Shown: positions 1 through 12,745, counted from the stretch's first letter. The stretch: 42,896 nt of DNA from Lacunisphaera sp. (GCA_023269445.1 JAHFTH010000002.1:1-42896), one strand, 5' to 3'. Made by a program: numbers and translations. The notes: a model not told the origin generated them from the letters alone.

Positions 1-1332
1 GCTGCGCGGACCACCGTGGTAGTCGAAATGGTAGTAGATGCCGGCCCCGCCGGGACGCGAGCGCTCCGCCCCAGTCGGCAGCCGGCGGAGGTTGCCCCAG
101 TTGTCTTCAGCCCAAAGCAGCGTCACGTCGTCCGGCGCACGCATGCCGTGCTCATAGAACTCCTGCACCTCCTTGTAGAGGCACCAGAGCTGCGGCACCT
201 GCGTGATAGCGGGATTCACCTCGGCGCGCAGGATGTCGCGTTGGACGCCCACGATTTTCTCCAGCAGGGCGCGGTTGGCCTCGGGGCCGCCGGGCGCCAT
301 CTCGGTGTCGTTCGCGCCGCGCAGACCAAGGGTGATGATGCTCTCGAAATTCCGGTTCCGGCGCACGCCCTCGCGCCAGAAGTTCTCCAGCACGTCGGGG
401 TGCTTGGCGTAATTCCACGTGCCGATCGTCTTCACGTTGCGCCAGTCCCACTCCTTCTGCGCGCGCAGCATCGGTTCCTGGTGCGAAGTGCCCATGACGA
501 TGCCGTATACGTCGGCGAGCCGCGCGTTCGCGGGATCGTCCTCGTTGAAGGCGTTGTTCCACATCGCCGGCCAGAGGTAGTTGGCCCGCAACCGCAGCAT
601 CAACTCGAAGAGCTTCGTGTAGAACTCGTGGCCGTAATTCGCGATGTTGGCCGGCGCGTTGAGATTGGCCTGCGGCGATACATTGCCGAACTTCGCCCGG
701 ACCCAGTTGGTCAGGTCGGGTGCCTCGTCGTTCAGGAAGATGCCGCGGTATTTGACGGCCGGGCCGGCCACGACCAAGCGCGTTGGCTTGATGGAAAGCG
801 TGTCGCGGTGCCCGGCCGGCACATCCGCCCACCAATACCAAGGAGACACGCCGATCTGCTGGGAAATCTCGTAGATGCCGTAGATGGTGCCGCGCTTGTC
901 GCTGCCCGCGATCACCAGCGCGCGATCCACTCCCGGCAGCGGATGCTCGACTGTCTCAATGACGAACGCCTCCCACTGGCCGCGAATGGCCTCGACGTTG
1001 AGCTTGCCGGTCTTGATCAGCCCATCGATCAGCGAGCTTTTGCCGACGGTGCCAATCAGGACCACTGCGGGCGCGGCTGCCGGCTCTCCGGTGCGGAAGA
1101 CGGGCTTGCGGCCAGTAACCCGCTCAACATCGGCCTGCAAATCCTGGGCGGCTCGCAACACACCGGGCCAGTCATTCCCCGAGGCAATGATCGGAGCGAC
1201 GACCCCAGCCCGGGCCAGGCCCACGACACCCGGCGTGGCTGCGTCGGTCAAAAGCGATTTTGTGCCCAACGCAGCGGCACCCGTCACCGTGGTGAACAAA
1301 CAGACGCCGGCAAATATCAGGGCACGAATCAT
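1..1332 (-). CDS. Glycoside hydrolase family 115 (alpha-glucuronidase-like), secreted; 3' end runs off the window
   Basis: Not in the ORF track because it has no stop in the window. Read by hand from ATG 1332: MIRALIFAGVCLFTTVTGAAALG (signal peptide)...DWPGVLRAAQDLQADVERVTG...GSDKRGTIYGIYEISQQIGVSPWYWWADVP...YRGIFLNDE, typical GH115 motifs. Starts 4 nt after the stop of the GH35-like gene. Confidence 0.85.
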   Translation of the reverse strand, partial: MIRALIFAGVCLFTTVTGAAALGTKSLLTDAATPGVVGLARAGVVAPIIASGNDWPGVLRAAQDLQADVERVTGRKPVFRTGEPAAAPAVVLIGTVGKSSLIDGLIKTGKLNVEAIRGQWEAFVIETVEHPLPGVDRALVIAGSDKRGTIYGIYEISQQIGVSPWYWWADVPAGHRDTLSIKPTRLVVAGPAVKYRGIFLNDEAPDLTNWVRAKFGNVSPQANLNAPANIANYGHEFYTKLFELMLRLRANYLWPAMWNNAFNEDDPANARLADVYGIVMGTSHQEPMLRAQKEWDWRNVKTIGTWNYAKHPDVLENFWREGVRRNRNFESIITLGLRGANDTEMAPGGPEANRALLEKIVGVQRDILRAEVNPAITQVPQLWCLYKEVQEFYEHGMRAPDDVTLLWAEDNWGNLRRLPTGAERSRPGGAGIYYHFDYHGGPRS

Positions 1333-1336
1333 TGCT

Positions 1337-3007
1337 TTAACGATAGTGATAGAGCTTCACGCGCTGGAGCGTGAAACGTCCGGGTTCGAGCCGCACATGC
1401 CGGCCCTGATGTGTCTGATCACCATTGAGCCAGCGGATGTGCCGCCACTGACCGTCGACGTAGCGACCTTCGGCCACACTCAGGAGGCCGGCCTGCTCGC
1501 CGCCCTCCGCCGGGGCAAAGGTGATTGTCAGCCCGATGCCGGCGAACAGGAACTCATCGTCGCCGAGCGCGATCATGAGCCCGCCGGCCGGAGCCGCGCC
1601 GGGGCGACTGGCGGCGGCCAGCGCGGAGTTATCCGGCCCAACGACAACCGCCAACCCGTCCGCCAGCGGCGGCGGGGCGGCGCGCTCGAATGCCACGCGG
1701 AAGATCCAGTTGCCCAGCCGCACCTGCTGTGGCTGCTTGGTCTCCACGCTCTCCTGCAGAAATCCGGCCGTGAGTCCGCGGCCCTGCTTCTCCACGAGTA
1801 AGGGCGTAAGCTGTCGCACGAGATCGAAGCTCGCCGTCAGGTAGCCGGCGGCGGGCCCGTCGTTCGACTCGATCGAGAACGGACTGAAGCCAATCGCATC
1901 GAGCGCACCGAAGGCGTAAAGCGCGTTTACCGCCGCCTCCGGACTGCGCATCGCCTCGGGGATGAAGAGCGGATTGCCGCTGCGAGTGTAGAGCTGAGCC
2001 CAGTAGGAAAAGTTCTGGAAATAGATATCCGGGGCCAGAAAATCCAAGGCCGGTGCGGCCGCGCGCCAAACGTCGATCAGGTGCGGCAGCGGACCCGCGC
2101 TCGGATACTGTCCGGGCTGGTAGCCCGGGCGGATGAGCGCGGCGTTGGCATACATTGGCAACAGCAGCTCGGCTTTGCCGGCCGCAGTCACCGCCTGAGT
2201 GTATGAGGCGAAATGCCAGGCCATAAATATTTCCTCGCCGGCCGGACCGGCCCCGAAGACCTCTGTCCAAGTGCCGGACGCTTTGCCACCGGCGGCACTC
2301 CAGACGGCCAGCAGCTCCGGCGCGAGCTGCGCCCGGTTCTTGGCGAGGTAATCCATCAACGCTCGTGGCACGGGCGCGGCAAAAGCCTTCACCGCCTCGG
2401 GACTGTGATCCCGCGCCTCGGGGATCATGCCGATTTCGTTTTCGACCTGCACCATGATCACCGCGTGCTCCGGGTCATTCACCTTGAGATAGCGCATAAG
2501 CGCGACGAAGGCGCGGGCGTCGGTGTCGCGGTTCGCCGCGTGAAAGGGCGAGAGGATCTCCAGGCCGCGGCCGGCCGAGTCCTGTGCGCGCGGAAAGCGC
2601 GTCTGGTCGCGCTTCACCCAGGACGGCGCGTAGCACGACATGCTGTTCTTCCACGAGCCGAACCAGAGCAGCACGAGACGCAGGTTGTTCGCCCGAGCAT
2701 CGGCGATCAGGCCGTCCACGCTGGCGAAGTCGAATTTCCCCTCGGCCGGCTCAAGCACATCCCAATAAACCGGCGCGACGACGGTGTTGAGGTTCATCTT
2801 CTGCAGCTTCACCCAAGACGGCCGCAAGAAATCAGGCTCGCCGCTGGAGTTGCCGAGTTCGCCACCACGCACGAGGAACGGCTGGCCGTCGACGATGAGC
2901 TGGGTCGCCGTGCCTTGTTTACGCAAGTGCGGGAGCTCGGCGGCGCCGAGGCTGGCGGTCACGGTGAGGGCGAGAATGCAAAAGGCTGCTTTCAGGCGGT
3001 TTGGCAT
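1337..3007 (-). CDS. GH35-like beta-galactosidase with DUF5597-type C-terminal domain
   Basis: Signal peptide; GGELGNSS, LVLLWFGSWKNSMSCYAP, MVQVENEIG (acid/base Glu), YPSAGP, APDIY, NPLFIPE; C-terminal WLNGDQTHQG. Confidence 0.8.
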   Translation of the reverse strand: MPNRLKAAFCILALTVTASLGAAELPHLRKQGTATQLIVDGQPFLVRGGELGNSSGEPDFLRPSWVKLQKMNLNTVVAPVYWDVLEPAEGKFDFASVDGLIADARANNLRLVLLWFGSWKNSMSCYAPSWVKRDQTRFPRAQDSAGRGLEILSPFHAANRDTDARAFVALMRYLKVNDPEHAVIMVQVENEIGMIPEARDHSPEAVKAFAAPVPRALMDYLAKNRAQLAPELLAVWSAAGGKASGTWTEVFGAGPAGEEIFMAWHFASYTQAVTAAGKAELLLPMYANAALIRPGYQPGQYPSAGPLPHLIDVWRAAAPALDFLAPDIYFQNFSYWAQLYTRSGNPLFIPEAMRSPEAAVNALYAFGALDAIGFSPFSIESNDGPAAGYLTASFDLVRQLTPLLVEKQGRGLTAGFLQESVETKQPQQVRLGNWIFRVAFERAAPPPLADGLAVVVGPDNSALAAASRPGAAPAGGLMIALGDDEFLFAGIGLTITFAPAEGGEQAGLLSVAEGRYVDGQWRHIRWLNGDQTHQGRHVRLEPGRFTLQRVKLYHYR

Positions 3008-3040
3008 GAGCGGAAATAAAGCAGGATCGATTTAAAAGTA

Positions 3041-3072
3041 AAAGGCGGCCCGCGTAGAGCCGGGCCGCCTTT
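3041..3072 (-). terminator. Hairpin / likely intrinsic terminator downstream of the TonB-dependent receptor
   Basis: AAAGGCGGCCCG-N8-CGGGCCGCCTTT perfect 12-bp stem; T-rich tract follows on the minus strand. Confidence 0.65.
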
Positions 3073-3092
3073 GGGATATGACTCAAGACAAG

Positions 3093-3118
3093 GGCCCGGT
3101 CACTAAGGTGACCGGGCC
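3093..3118. terminator. Second hairpin just after the receptor stop codon (mRNA-stabilising or terminator)
   Basis: GGCCCGGTCAC-TAAG-GTGACCGGGCC perfect 11-bp stem. Confidence 0.55.
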
Positions 3119-3124
3119 GTTTAA

Positions 3125-6100
3125 TTAGAACGAGAACGTATTCGTCACGAACCATTCCTGGTTCGGCTTCACGCGGACGCCAGCCCAAGTCTTGCCATCA
3201 GGTTCGATGGATACCGGAATGAGTCCATCCTTCGCGAATGCATTGCGAATGTTCAGTTGGATCTTCCAGTTGACCTTATTTGTGACCTTGTGTCCATAGC
3301 TAGCCCACAGGTCGATCGCATGCTCCGACGGACCGTAGTAGGGGTTGGCGAAGTCGAACGAGGCGCCGGTGCCGCTGATCAAGGTAGGGTAGCCGATGCC
3401 GACCTTGTCCTGCCAGCGGTAGGAACCACCCACGCCCACGCCCTTGAGGCGGCCTTCGGAGAAGCTGTAGTTGGTGATGACATTGTAGCGCCACTTGCGA
3501 ATCTCCGCCGCGGAAGAGCCCTCATTCAGCTTCATGGCCACATAATTGCTGCGCCACGGGGCATACACGGTGGCATAGAGCGAGTTACTGATGCTGCTGA
3601 ACCGGAATATCTGGCCCGCCGGGGTGATGGTGCCGTCAGCATTCACGAACTTGGAATCGAGATAGCTGATCAGCTCATCAAGGAGCGGACCGCCCACGTT
3701 GCTCCGGCTGGCTTCGCTCTTGGAGGCGTTGATGGAAATGCGCCAGTTCTTGGTCGGATTGGCCACAAACTCGAACTCGTAACCCTTCGAGTGCGTGTCG
3801 GCCGTGACGGTGAAACCCGAGGGCGCGCTGGACGTGTAGTTGACCACAGTTGCCGGGTCGGGGGCATACTGTGCCGCTGGATCGAGCCCGTATTTCGAGC
3901 CCTTCGCGTTCTCATACGTCGTGCGGTCGGTCAGGACCGACAGACTCGGGGGAGTAAAGCCCCAAGCCTGGAAGAAACCCTTGCCGGTCAACCATGCCTG
4001 GATCTCGTTCCAGCCCCGGACGGTCGCATCCTCGAGCACGCGGCCTTCGGCCGCAGTGAGGCTCTGGTTTGCGCCGATCGTCGTGCCGATGGCATTGACG
4101 TCTTTGCCCCAAGTATTGCGACCGGCCCAGCCCTCGCGTCCCGCCCAGTCGTAGACGGCAAGCTTGTAGAGAAACACGTTGCGGAACTTCATGCCCTCGA
4201 CCAGGAAGCTGCCGAGGCCGGCGGAGTTGCTGATCGCACTGTCGCCGTTGTAGACGTTCGTCTCATACTTCACCGCGCGGAAGGAGTATTTTCCGTCCTT
4301 CGTGGACAGCAGGATCCCGAAGTCCTTCGTGTCGCCCGTCGGGTTACTAAGGGGCGTGCCATAGAGGTCGCGGCGCGTGTCCGTGACCTGGAAGTTGCTC
4401 GACTTGTTAAACGACAGGCTGATGTTGATCGGCAGCCGGTCGCGCTCGAACAGCTTGTTCAGGTGCACCACCACGCCGCCACTCGCGGAATGGTCCTTGA
4501 AGATCTGGCTCGCCGGATAGACCGCCGGCAGGACGTAGACATCGGGGGCCAGGTTGACGATGCTGCGGTTGCCGCCTACGCGCGGCGCCTGGACCTGCAT
4601 GCCTTTGACCTCGTCGAAGCGCCAGCCAAGCGTGGGCACAATGGCATCGTTCCACATGAAGGCCTGCCATGAACTGGCGTAGGACTTCGTCTCGCGCTTG
4701 GACAACTGCGCCCTAGTAAGGAGGCTCAGGTCCTGCCCATTGTTATAGCGCATCAGGTAGGTGTTATAGTTCGACCAACCGGTGTAGTTGGCGACATTGG
4801 AAGCCTGCGTGGTGGCACCCGTGCCGAATATCTTTTCCAGGTTGGCCGGCAACGTGTAGGCAGCGTTGAACGGCACACTGAAGTTGATCCAATTGGGGGC
4901 GAATATCCGGATACTGGGATCGGCCATCGTGATATTGGTGCCGATGCCTTGAATGTTGGCGCCCGCCGCCGCACTGCGGCCAAGGACCGAGGAACCCAGG
5001 TAGATGAGCGCTACCGGAGGACGCTCCTGGATACCAGAGCCCAAGCCGTTGGTGTCATTCCAATAACCGGCCCATTCCCGACTGTTGGCATTTTCCACCC
5101 AAAGGCGGTTCTCGGTGGAGAACTTTTCGCTGCTGTAGACACCGTTGAGGCGATGCTTGCCGAGTAGCTTCGCGAGAAAACTGTCTTTGGTCAGGAAGTC
5201 CCGGGCCCGAATCTCACCAAAGACGGAGGCCCGGTAGTATTCGCGATCACTCTTGTAGGAGCCGCCGTTGCCACCGCTGGTGGAAGTGACGAGGGGCCGG
5301 CCGAAGTTAGGATTGGTGGTGCTGGTCACCCCGTCGGCGCTGGCGTTCGACCAGAAGTCCACCAGGTTCTTGCTGAGATCGAGCGTGAGAGTGGGTGAGC
5401 CCAAGAGGGAGGCGTTGCTGCGCGCGTATTTCTGTTTGTCGTAGTTGAACTCGACGCCCACGCGGTCGCCCCAGCCGGTCTGGGAGAGGGAGACGCCGAG
5501 CGCATCCCAGCCCTCGCGCTCATACTTGTTGGGGCCGTCGATCAGGATGTTGTTGAAGTCGAAGACCGTGGAATCCAGCAGCGACATGTTGCGATACTGG
5601 CCGAACTGGGCGTTGGGCAGTCCCAGGCCAATGGCGGAACTTGGCACGGAGTTGATCAGGTAAAGGATTCCGTTCTGGCGCTTGCCAATGAGCCCGTTGG
5701 CGGCTCCGGTAAACCCGCCCGCATTGTTGCGCGCGCCCGTGTTAACGAAGCCGGCTTGGACACCATACAGCTGGTTGGTCTGGCCGTCGATGGTCCAGAG
5801 AGGCTGCTGCTGGTTGACCGCGTCGGTCAGGTAGGGTTGGTAATTGACGGTGGACGACTGGGACTGGCCCCGGCCGTCGCCCGCAACTATGTTGTCGGTG
5901 CGGAAGGAGTCATAGGGGTTGTTCACCACCGCCTGACCCATGCCGCCGAAGGGATTGTCGGCGGTGACCGCCCGGGGGCGCCACCACGCGGTGAAGTTGT
6001 CGTTCGGGGTGACCGTGCGCGGGCGGTTGGCATCGATCTCGCCGTGCTCAAACTTGACCTTGAGACTGGTGTGGAAGGACGGATCCTTGAACAGCTGCGG

Positions 6101-6862
6101 TTCGAAGCGCAGAGCAGCGTAGATGCGTTCGTCGTTCTCGAAAGCAGGCTTCTGGCGGAATTTCTCGTGTTCCCACAGGCCCGAAACGCGAATCGCGAGC
6201 ACGTCCTTGATCAGCTCCTGGTTGACATCGAGGGTGCTGCGGACGGTGCCATAGGATCCGGTGCGGAACTCGAAACTGCCCTTGTTGCGGAACTCGGCGT
6301 TGCGCAGCGAGGCGTTCACGATACCCGCCGGGCTGCCGAGACCGAACAGGATGGAGTTCGGGCCGCGCTGGATGTCGATACGATCCACATTGAAGTTGTC
6401 CCACGGGATGTCGGTGATGAAGAAATCGCGGGTATTGTCCGCAGCGGCCAAGCCGCGCACGCGCTGGGCACCGGCGGGCGCCTTCAGGGTGGCTGACTCG
6501 TCCAAAGCAACGCCGTTGCCCAGGCCGGCATAGGTGCCGCGTGTGCCGGCGACTTCCGCATTGGTGGTGTATTGGAGCAGGGTGGCGCTGTCGGTGGCAC
6601 CGATGTCGCGCATAAACTCCTTCGTGATGACACTGATGGCCGAGCCGACATCGCTCAGATCAGTGCGGATGCGGGTCCCGGCGAGGGTGGAAGTGGCGAC
6701 ATAGCCGTTGTCTTCCTCGGCCTTCACCTCGAAGGGGGAGAGAACCAATACGTCATCCTCTTTCAGAGGGGCGACAGACGGGATCGGGGTGGTTTGCGCA
6801 ACCAAGGGCCAAGCGCCGGCCAATACGGCAAGCGCGGTCAGGTGTGTTCTTACTTTATTCAT
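3125..6862 (-). CDS. TonB-dependent receptor (probably carbohydrate uptake)
   Basis: Signal peptide; VLVLSPFEV...GYVATSTLAGTRIRTDL plug start; IDIQRGPNSILFGLGSPAG; C-terminal WFVTNTFSF ending in Phe. Start placed at ATG 6862 (track start 6886). Confidence 0.9.
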   Translation of the reverse strand: MNKVRTHLTALAVLAGAWPLVAQTTPIPSVAPLKEDDVLVLSPFEVKAEEDNGYVATSTLAGTRIRTDLSDVGSAISVITKEFMRDIGATDSATLLQYTTNAEVAGTRGTYAGLGNGVALDESATLKAPAGAQRVRGLAAADNTRDFFITDIPWDNFNVDRIDIQRGPNSILFGLGSPAGIVNASLRNAEFRNKGSFEFRTGSYGTVRSTLDVNQELIKDVLAIRVSGLWEHEKFRQKPAFENDERIYAALRFEPQLFKDPSFHTSLKVKFEHGEIDANRPRTVTPNDNFTAWWRPRAVTADNPFGGMGQAVVNNPYDSFRTDNIVAGDGRGQSQSSTVNYQPYLTDAVNQQQPLWTIDGQTNQLYGVQAGFVNTGARNNAGGFTGAANGLIGKRQNGILYLINSVPSSAIGLGLPNAQFGQYRNMSLLDSTVFDFNNILIDGPNKYEREGWDALGVSLSQTGWGDRVGVEFNYDKQKYARSNASLLGSPTLTLDLSKNLVDFWSNASADGVTSTTNPNFGRPLVTSTSGGNGGSYKSDREYYRASVFGEIRARDFLTKDSFLAKLLGKHRLNGVYSSEKFSTENRLWVENANSREWAGYWNDTNGLGSGIQERPPVALIYLGSSVLGRSAAAGANIQGIGTNITMADPSIRIFAPNWINFSVPFNAAYTLPANLEKIFGTGATTQASNVANYTGWSNYNTYLMRYNNGQDLSLLTRAQLSKRETKSYASSWQAFMWNDAIVPTLGWRFDEVKGMQVQAPRVGGNRSIVNLAPDVYVLPAVYPASQIFKDHSASGGVVVHLNKLFERDRLPINISLSFNKSSNFQVTDTRRDLYGTPLSNPTGDTKDFGILLSTKDGKYSFRAVKYETNVYNGDSAISNSAGLGSFLVEGMKFRNVFLYKLAVYDWAGREGWAGRNTWGKDVNAIGTTIGANQSLTAAEGRVLEDATVRGWNEIQAWLTGKGFFQAWGFTPPSLSVLTDRTTYENAKGSKYGLDPAAQYAPDPATVVNYTSSAPSGFTVTADTHSKGYEFEFVANPTKNWRISINASKSEASRSNVGGPLLDELISYLDSKFVNADGTITPAGQIFRFSSISNSLYATVYAPWRSNYVAMKLNEGSSAAEIRKWRYNVITNYSFSEGRLKGVGVGGSYRWQDKVGIGYPTLISGTGASFDFANPYYGPSEHAIDLWASYGHKVTNKVNWKIQLNIRNAFAKDGLIPVSIEPDGKTWAGVRVKPNQEWFVTNTFSF

Positions 6863-7116
6863 GGTGGGGTTAGGTGGTCGAAACACTTACTTACAGGGGT
6901 GCGCCGACAGGGGGAGGGTGCCGGGCAGGGGATTACCAACCCTGCGAGGCAATGAAACCCTCTCGCTAAAATCAAAACAGCGCTAAGTCTAACAATAGCC
7001 CGTTTTCTGTGCGCCCACCCCGATTACGGTGATGACAAGTCGGTTTTCTCGGCAATGGTTTGTCCGCTTCCACCCATTTAATGCTCCCTTAAAGGCTCCC
7101 CCACCCACTCTACATC

Positions 7117-8610
7117 ATGTCCCTCTACCTCGGCATCGACAGCGGCACCCAAAGCACCAAAGCGGTGGTCCTCGACCTCAACGAACGCAAGATCATCGCC
7201 GAGGCGCGTGCTCCGCACAACTTGATCGCCGGCCTGCCCGCCGGCCACATGGAGCAGCACCCGCAGGAGTGGACCGCCGCCCTCGACAGCGTGATCACGC
7301 AGGTCGCCGCCAAGATAGATTGCGCGCGGGTCCGCGGCATCGGTGTGTCCGGCCAGCAGCACGGCTTCGTGCCGCTGGATGCCGTCGGCGAAGTCATCCG
7401 CCCGGCCAAATTGTGGTGCGACACGAGCACCACCCAGGAATGTGAGCTTCTCACCAAGAAGCTTGGCGGCGCGAAGGCCGCCATCCGCACCGCGGGTCTC
7501 GCGTTCTTGCCCGGCTTCACCGCACCGAAGATTCTTTGGCTGAAGCGCCATGAACCCGCCAACTACAAGCGTCTCCGCCACGTCCTGCTCCCGCACGATT
7601 ACCTGAATTACCACCTGACGGGAAATTACTTCATGGAGCACGGCGACGCCTCGGGCACCGCTTTGATGGATGTGCGCAAGCGCACTTGGTCCAAGCCGGT
7701 CATCAACGCCATCGACAAGAATCTCGCCGACTGGCTGCCCCCGCTGTCCGCTTCGCATCAGGCAGCGGGCACTTTGCGCCCGGCTCTCGCCCGGAAGTAT
7801 GGTTTCTCCCCTGACGTCGTGGTCAGCGCCGGCGGCGGCGACAACATGATGGGCGCCATCGGCACGGGCAACGTCGCGCCCGGCGTCGTCACGGCCAGCT
7901 TCGGCACCAGCGGCACCATCTACGCCTATAGCGCCAAGCCCGTCGTCGATCCCAGCGGCGAGATCGCCGCCTTCTGCTCGTCCACCGGCGGCTGGCTGCC
8001 CCTGCTCTGCACGATGAACGTCACGCTCGTCACCGAGCTGTTCCGCAATCTTTTCAACTGGGACCACGCCCAGCTCGAGCAAGCCGTCGCCAGCGCGCCT
8101 CCTGGCGCGGGCGGACTTTCGCTCCTCCCCTATCTCGACGGCGAACGCACGCCCAACCTGCCCAAGGGCACGGGCGTGCTCACGGGTCTTACCCGTGCCA
8201 CGCTTACCCCTGGCTCGCTCGCCCGCGCCGCGATGGAAGGCGTCACCATGAACATGAATTACGGCCTGCGCCGGCTCACCGCGCTCGGGATCAAACCCCG
8301 TGAGATCCGCGTCACCGGCGGCGGCTCCCGCTCCGCCTACTGGCGGCAGATGATGGCCGACATCTTCGGCGTGCCTGTGGTCGCCATGGTCGAGGACGAA
8401 GGTGCCGCGCTCGGCGGGGCGCTTCAAGCGGCGTGGTGCGTCGCCCTCACCGAAGGCCGCAAGGCGAAGCTCACCGACTTCACCACCGGCATCGTCGCCC
8501 TCAACGAGGCCACCCGCTGCACACCCGACGTCAAACGCCGCGCCCTCTACCGGGAATTGCAGCAAAAACACGAGGCTCTGAGCCGGTTGGTGCGCCCGAC
8601 GTTTGGCTGA
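7117..8610 (+). CDS. xylB: Xylulokinase (FGGY family)
   Basis: GIDSGTQSTK, SGQQHG, PAKLWCD, GFTAPKILW, DASGT, GGGDN, SFGTSG, PYLDGERTP, TGGGSRS; divergent from a xylan-type locus. Confidence 0.85.
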   Translation: MSLYLGIDSGTQSTKAVVLDLNERKIIAEARAPHNLIAGLPAGHMEQHPQEWTAALDSVITQVAAKIDCARVRGIGVSGQQHGFVPLDAVGEVIRPAKLWCDTSTTQECELLTKKLGGAKAAIRTAGLAFLPGFTAPKILWLKRHEPANYKRLRHVLLPHDYLNYHLTGNYFMEHGDASGTALMDVRKRTWSKPVINAIDKNLADWLPPLSASHQAAGTLRPALARKYGFSPDVVVSAGGGDNMMGAIGTGNVAPGVVTASFGTSGTIYAYSAKPVVDPSGEIAAFCSSTGGWLPLLCTMNVTLVTELFRNLFNWDHAQLEQAVASAPPGAGGLSLLPYLDGERTPNLPKGTGVLTGLTRATLTPGSLARAAMEGVTMNMNYGLRRLTALGIKPREIRVTGGGSRSAYWRQMMADIFGVPVVAMVEDEGAALGGALQAAWCVALTEGRKAKLTDFTTGIVALNEATRCTPDVKRRALYRELQQKHEALSRLVRPTFG

Positions 8611-8672
8611 AATTCAGCCAATAAACAGGATTGATTCGAGAGCGGGGCTTCCCAACCTTCGCCCCTCGTCTT

Positions 8673-8749
8673 GGACTCATAGCTCAGTTGGTTAGAGCAC
8701 CTGCTTCACACGCAGGGGGTCACTGGTTCGAGTCCAGTTGAGTCCACCA
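8673..8749 (+). tRNA. tRNA-Val(CAC)
   Basis: GGACTCA acceptor stem pairs with TGAGTCC; D-arm AGCTCAGTTGGTTAGAGC; anticodon arm CCTGC-TT CAC AC-GCAGG; T-loop GGTTCGAGTCC; encoded CCA. Confidence 0.95.
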
Positions 8750-8779
8750 TCCTTCGCCGAGCGAAGCGAAGGCGAAGGA
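8750..8779 (+). repeat. Hairpin directly 3' of the tRNA
   Basis: TCCTTCGCC-N12-GGCGAAGGA. Confidence 0.55.
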
Positions 8780-8780
8780 T

Positions 8781-8919
8781 GCCGTCCGTAGGCTATGCGA
8801 AGGATGGCGTTGCACTCGCATTGCGCGTGTAGTGGCTACGGATGGCAGGCCATTACCGCACTGATGATCTTTCCGAAGCGGAAAGAAAAATGCCCTCCGT
8901 AGCCTTGGCGAAGGAGGGC
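8781..8919. repeat. Two copies (8781-8808, 8892-8919) of a 28-bp imperfect palindrome GCCCTCCGTAGCCTTGGCGAAGGAGGGC
   Basis: The 8781 copy matches the 8892 copy at 23/28. The same family recurs at 30669-30696 and, inverted, at 31312-31339. Confidence 0.75.
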
Positions 8920-8932
8920 TTTACACCGAAGT

Positions 8933-9604
8933 CTATCGTTTATTCTTCTTCAACGGCTTCCGCCCCGGAAAGAGCGTCCGGCAGATTTCGCAAACGGTTC
9001 CGTCGCAGCCCCGGGCCGTGCAGTGCTCCCGCCCGTAAAAGATAATGCGCAGGTGCAGCTGGTTCCAGTGGCTCTCGGGAAACAGTCGCTTCAGATCGCG
9101 CTCGGTCTGCTCCACGTTTTTGCCCGACGTCAATTTCCAGCGCTGCGCCAGCCGGTGGATGTGCGTGTCCACCGGAAACGCCGGCACACCCCACGCCTGG
9201 CTCATCACCACCGAGGCGGTCTTGTGCCCGACGCCCGGCAGCGCCTCCAGTTCCTCGAACGTTCGCGGCACCTCGCCTGCATGTTTCTCCCCGATGAGTC
9301 GCGACAGCTCCCGGATGGCCCGGGCCTTCTGCGGCGACAGCCCGCAGGGCCGGATAATTTCCTGAATCTTCGCCACCGGCACCTGTGCCATCGCGCCGGG
9401 CGAGTCGGCCAGCGCCCACAGCGCGGGCGTCACCAGATTCACCCGCTTGTCCGTGCACTGGGCCGACAAGACCACGGCCACCAGCAGTGTGTAGGGATCC
9501 CGGTGATCCAACGGGATCGGCGTCTCCGGATACAGCTCTGCCAGCCGCCGGTCGAGGTAGGCTGCGCGGGCCGGCTTGGAGGAGAAATCTCGGGCTGCCG
9601 TCAT
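8933..9604 (-). CDS. nth: Endonuclease III (HhH-GPD DNA glycosylase/AP lyase)
   Basis: LLVAVVLSAQCTDKRVN, LEALPGVGHKTASVV (HhH, catalytic Lys), FPVDTHIHR. Start set at ATG 9604 because the longer track start runs into a repeat. Confidence 0.9.
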   Translation of the reverse strand: MTAARDFSSKPARAAYLDRRLAELYPETPIPLDHRDPYTLLVAVVLSAQCTDKRVNLVTPALWALADSPGAMAQVPVAKIQEIIRPCGLSPQKARAIRELSRLIGEKHAGEVPRTFEELEALPGVGHKTASVVMSQAWGVPAFPVDTHIHRLAQRWKLTSGKNVEQTERDLKRLFPESHWNQLHLRIIFYGREHCTARGCDGTVCEICRTLFPGRKPLKKNKR

Positions 9605-9607
9605 GGT

Positions 9608-9671
9608 GGAGCCTGCTTGCAGGCGATTCAGGACTGCCGGCGGCAAGCATCGCCTGCAAGCAGGCTCCTAC
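9608..9671. repeat. REP-like inverted doublet (GTAGGAGCCTGCTTGCAGGCGAT family)
   Basis: Perfect 20-bp inverted repeat GGAGCCTGCTTGCAGGCGAT (9608-9627) / ATCGCCTGCAAGCAGGCTCC (9649-9668) followed by TAC; another copy at 30221. Confidence 0.8.
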
Positions 9672-9684
9672 AGTTCGGTTTGAT

Positions 9685-9744
9685 GTAGGTCGGGCTTTAT
9701 GCCCGACACTCAACCCGACATGTCGGGGATAAACCCCGACCTAC
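9685..9744. repeat. REP-like inverted doublet (GTAGGTCGGG family)
   Basis: GTAGGTCGGGCTTTATGCCCGACA / TGTCGGGGATAAACCCCGACCTAC, 22/24, with the two differences compensatory in the internal hairpin. Confidence 0.8.
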
Positions 9745-9853
9745 GCCGGACACCGGCATTAGCCAGGCCCCGGCCCTCAGAACAACGCTTAATTGCCCCG
9801 CTCGTCGCCCAAAACTCAGTTGCGCGTCTCCCGCCCCGCCCTAGCGTCAGCGC

Positions 9854-12745
<2,892 letters not shown>

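Noticed and set aside
16-1374. 452-aa plus-strand ORF
   Set aside because: Antisense shadow of the GH115 gene, which has clear motifs on the minus strand.
6863-7116. LacI/XylR-type operators between the receptor and xylB
   Set aside because: Only weak half-sites (for example CGGTTTTC, CCGTTTTC); no convincing palindrome.
8673-8749. tRNA-Val as an integration site
   Set aside because: I found no duplicate of its 3' end and no integrase in the window; flanking genes are housekeeping.
8750-9744. Possible CRISPR array among the clustered palindromes
   Set aside because: No regularly spaced direct repeats with unique spacers and no cas genes.
9745-9853. Glycine riboswitch upstream of gcvP
   Set aside because: No recognisable aptamer motifs; the space is taken by repeats and a promoter-like element next to the start codon.
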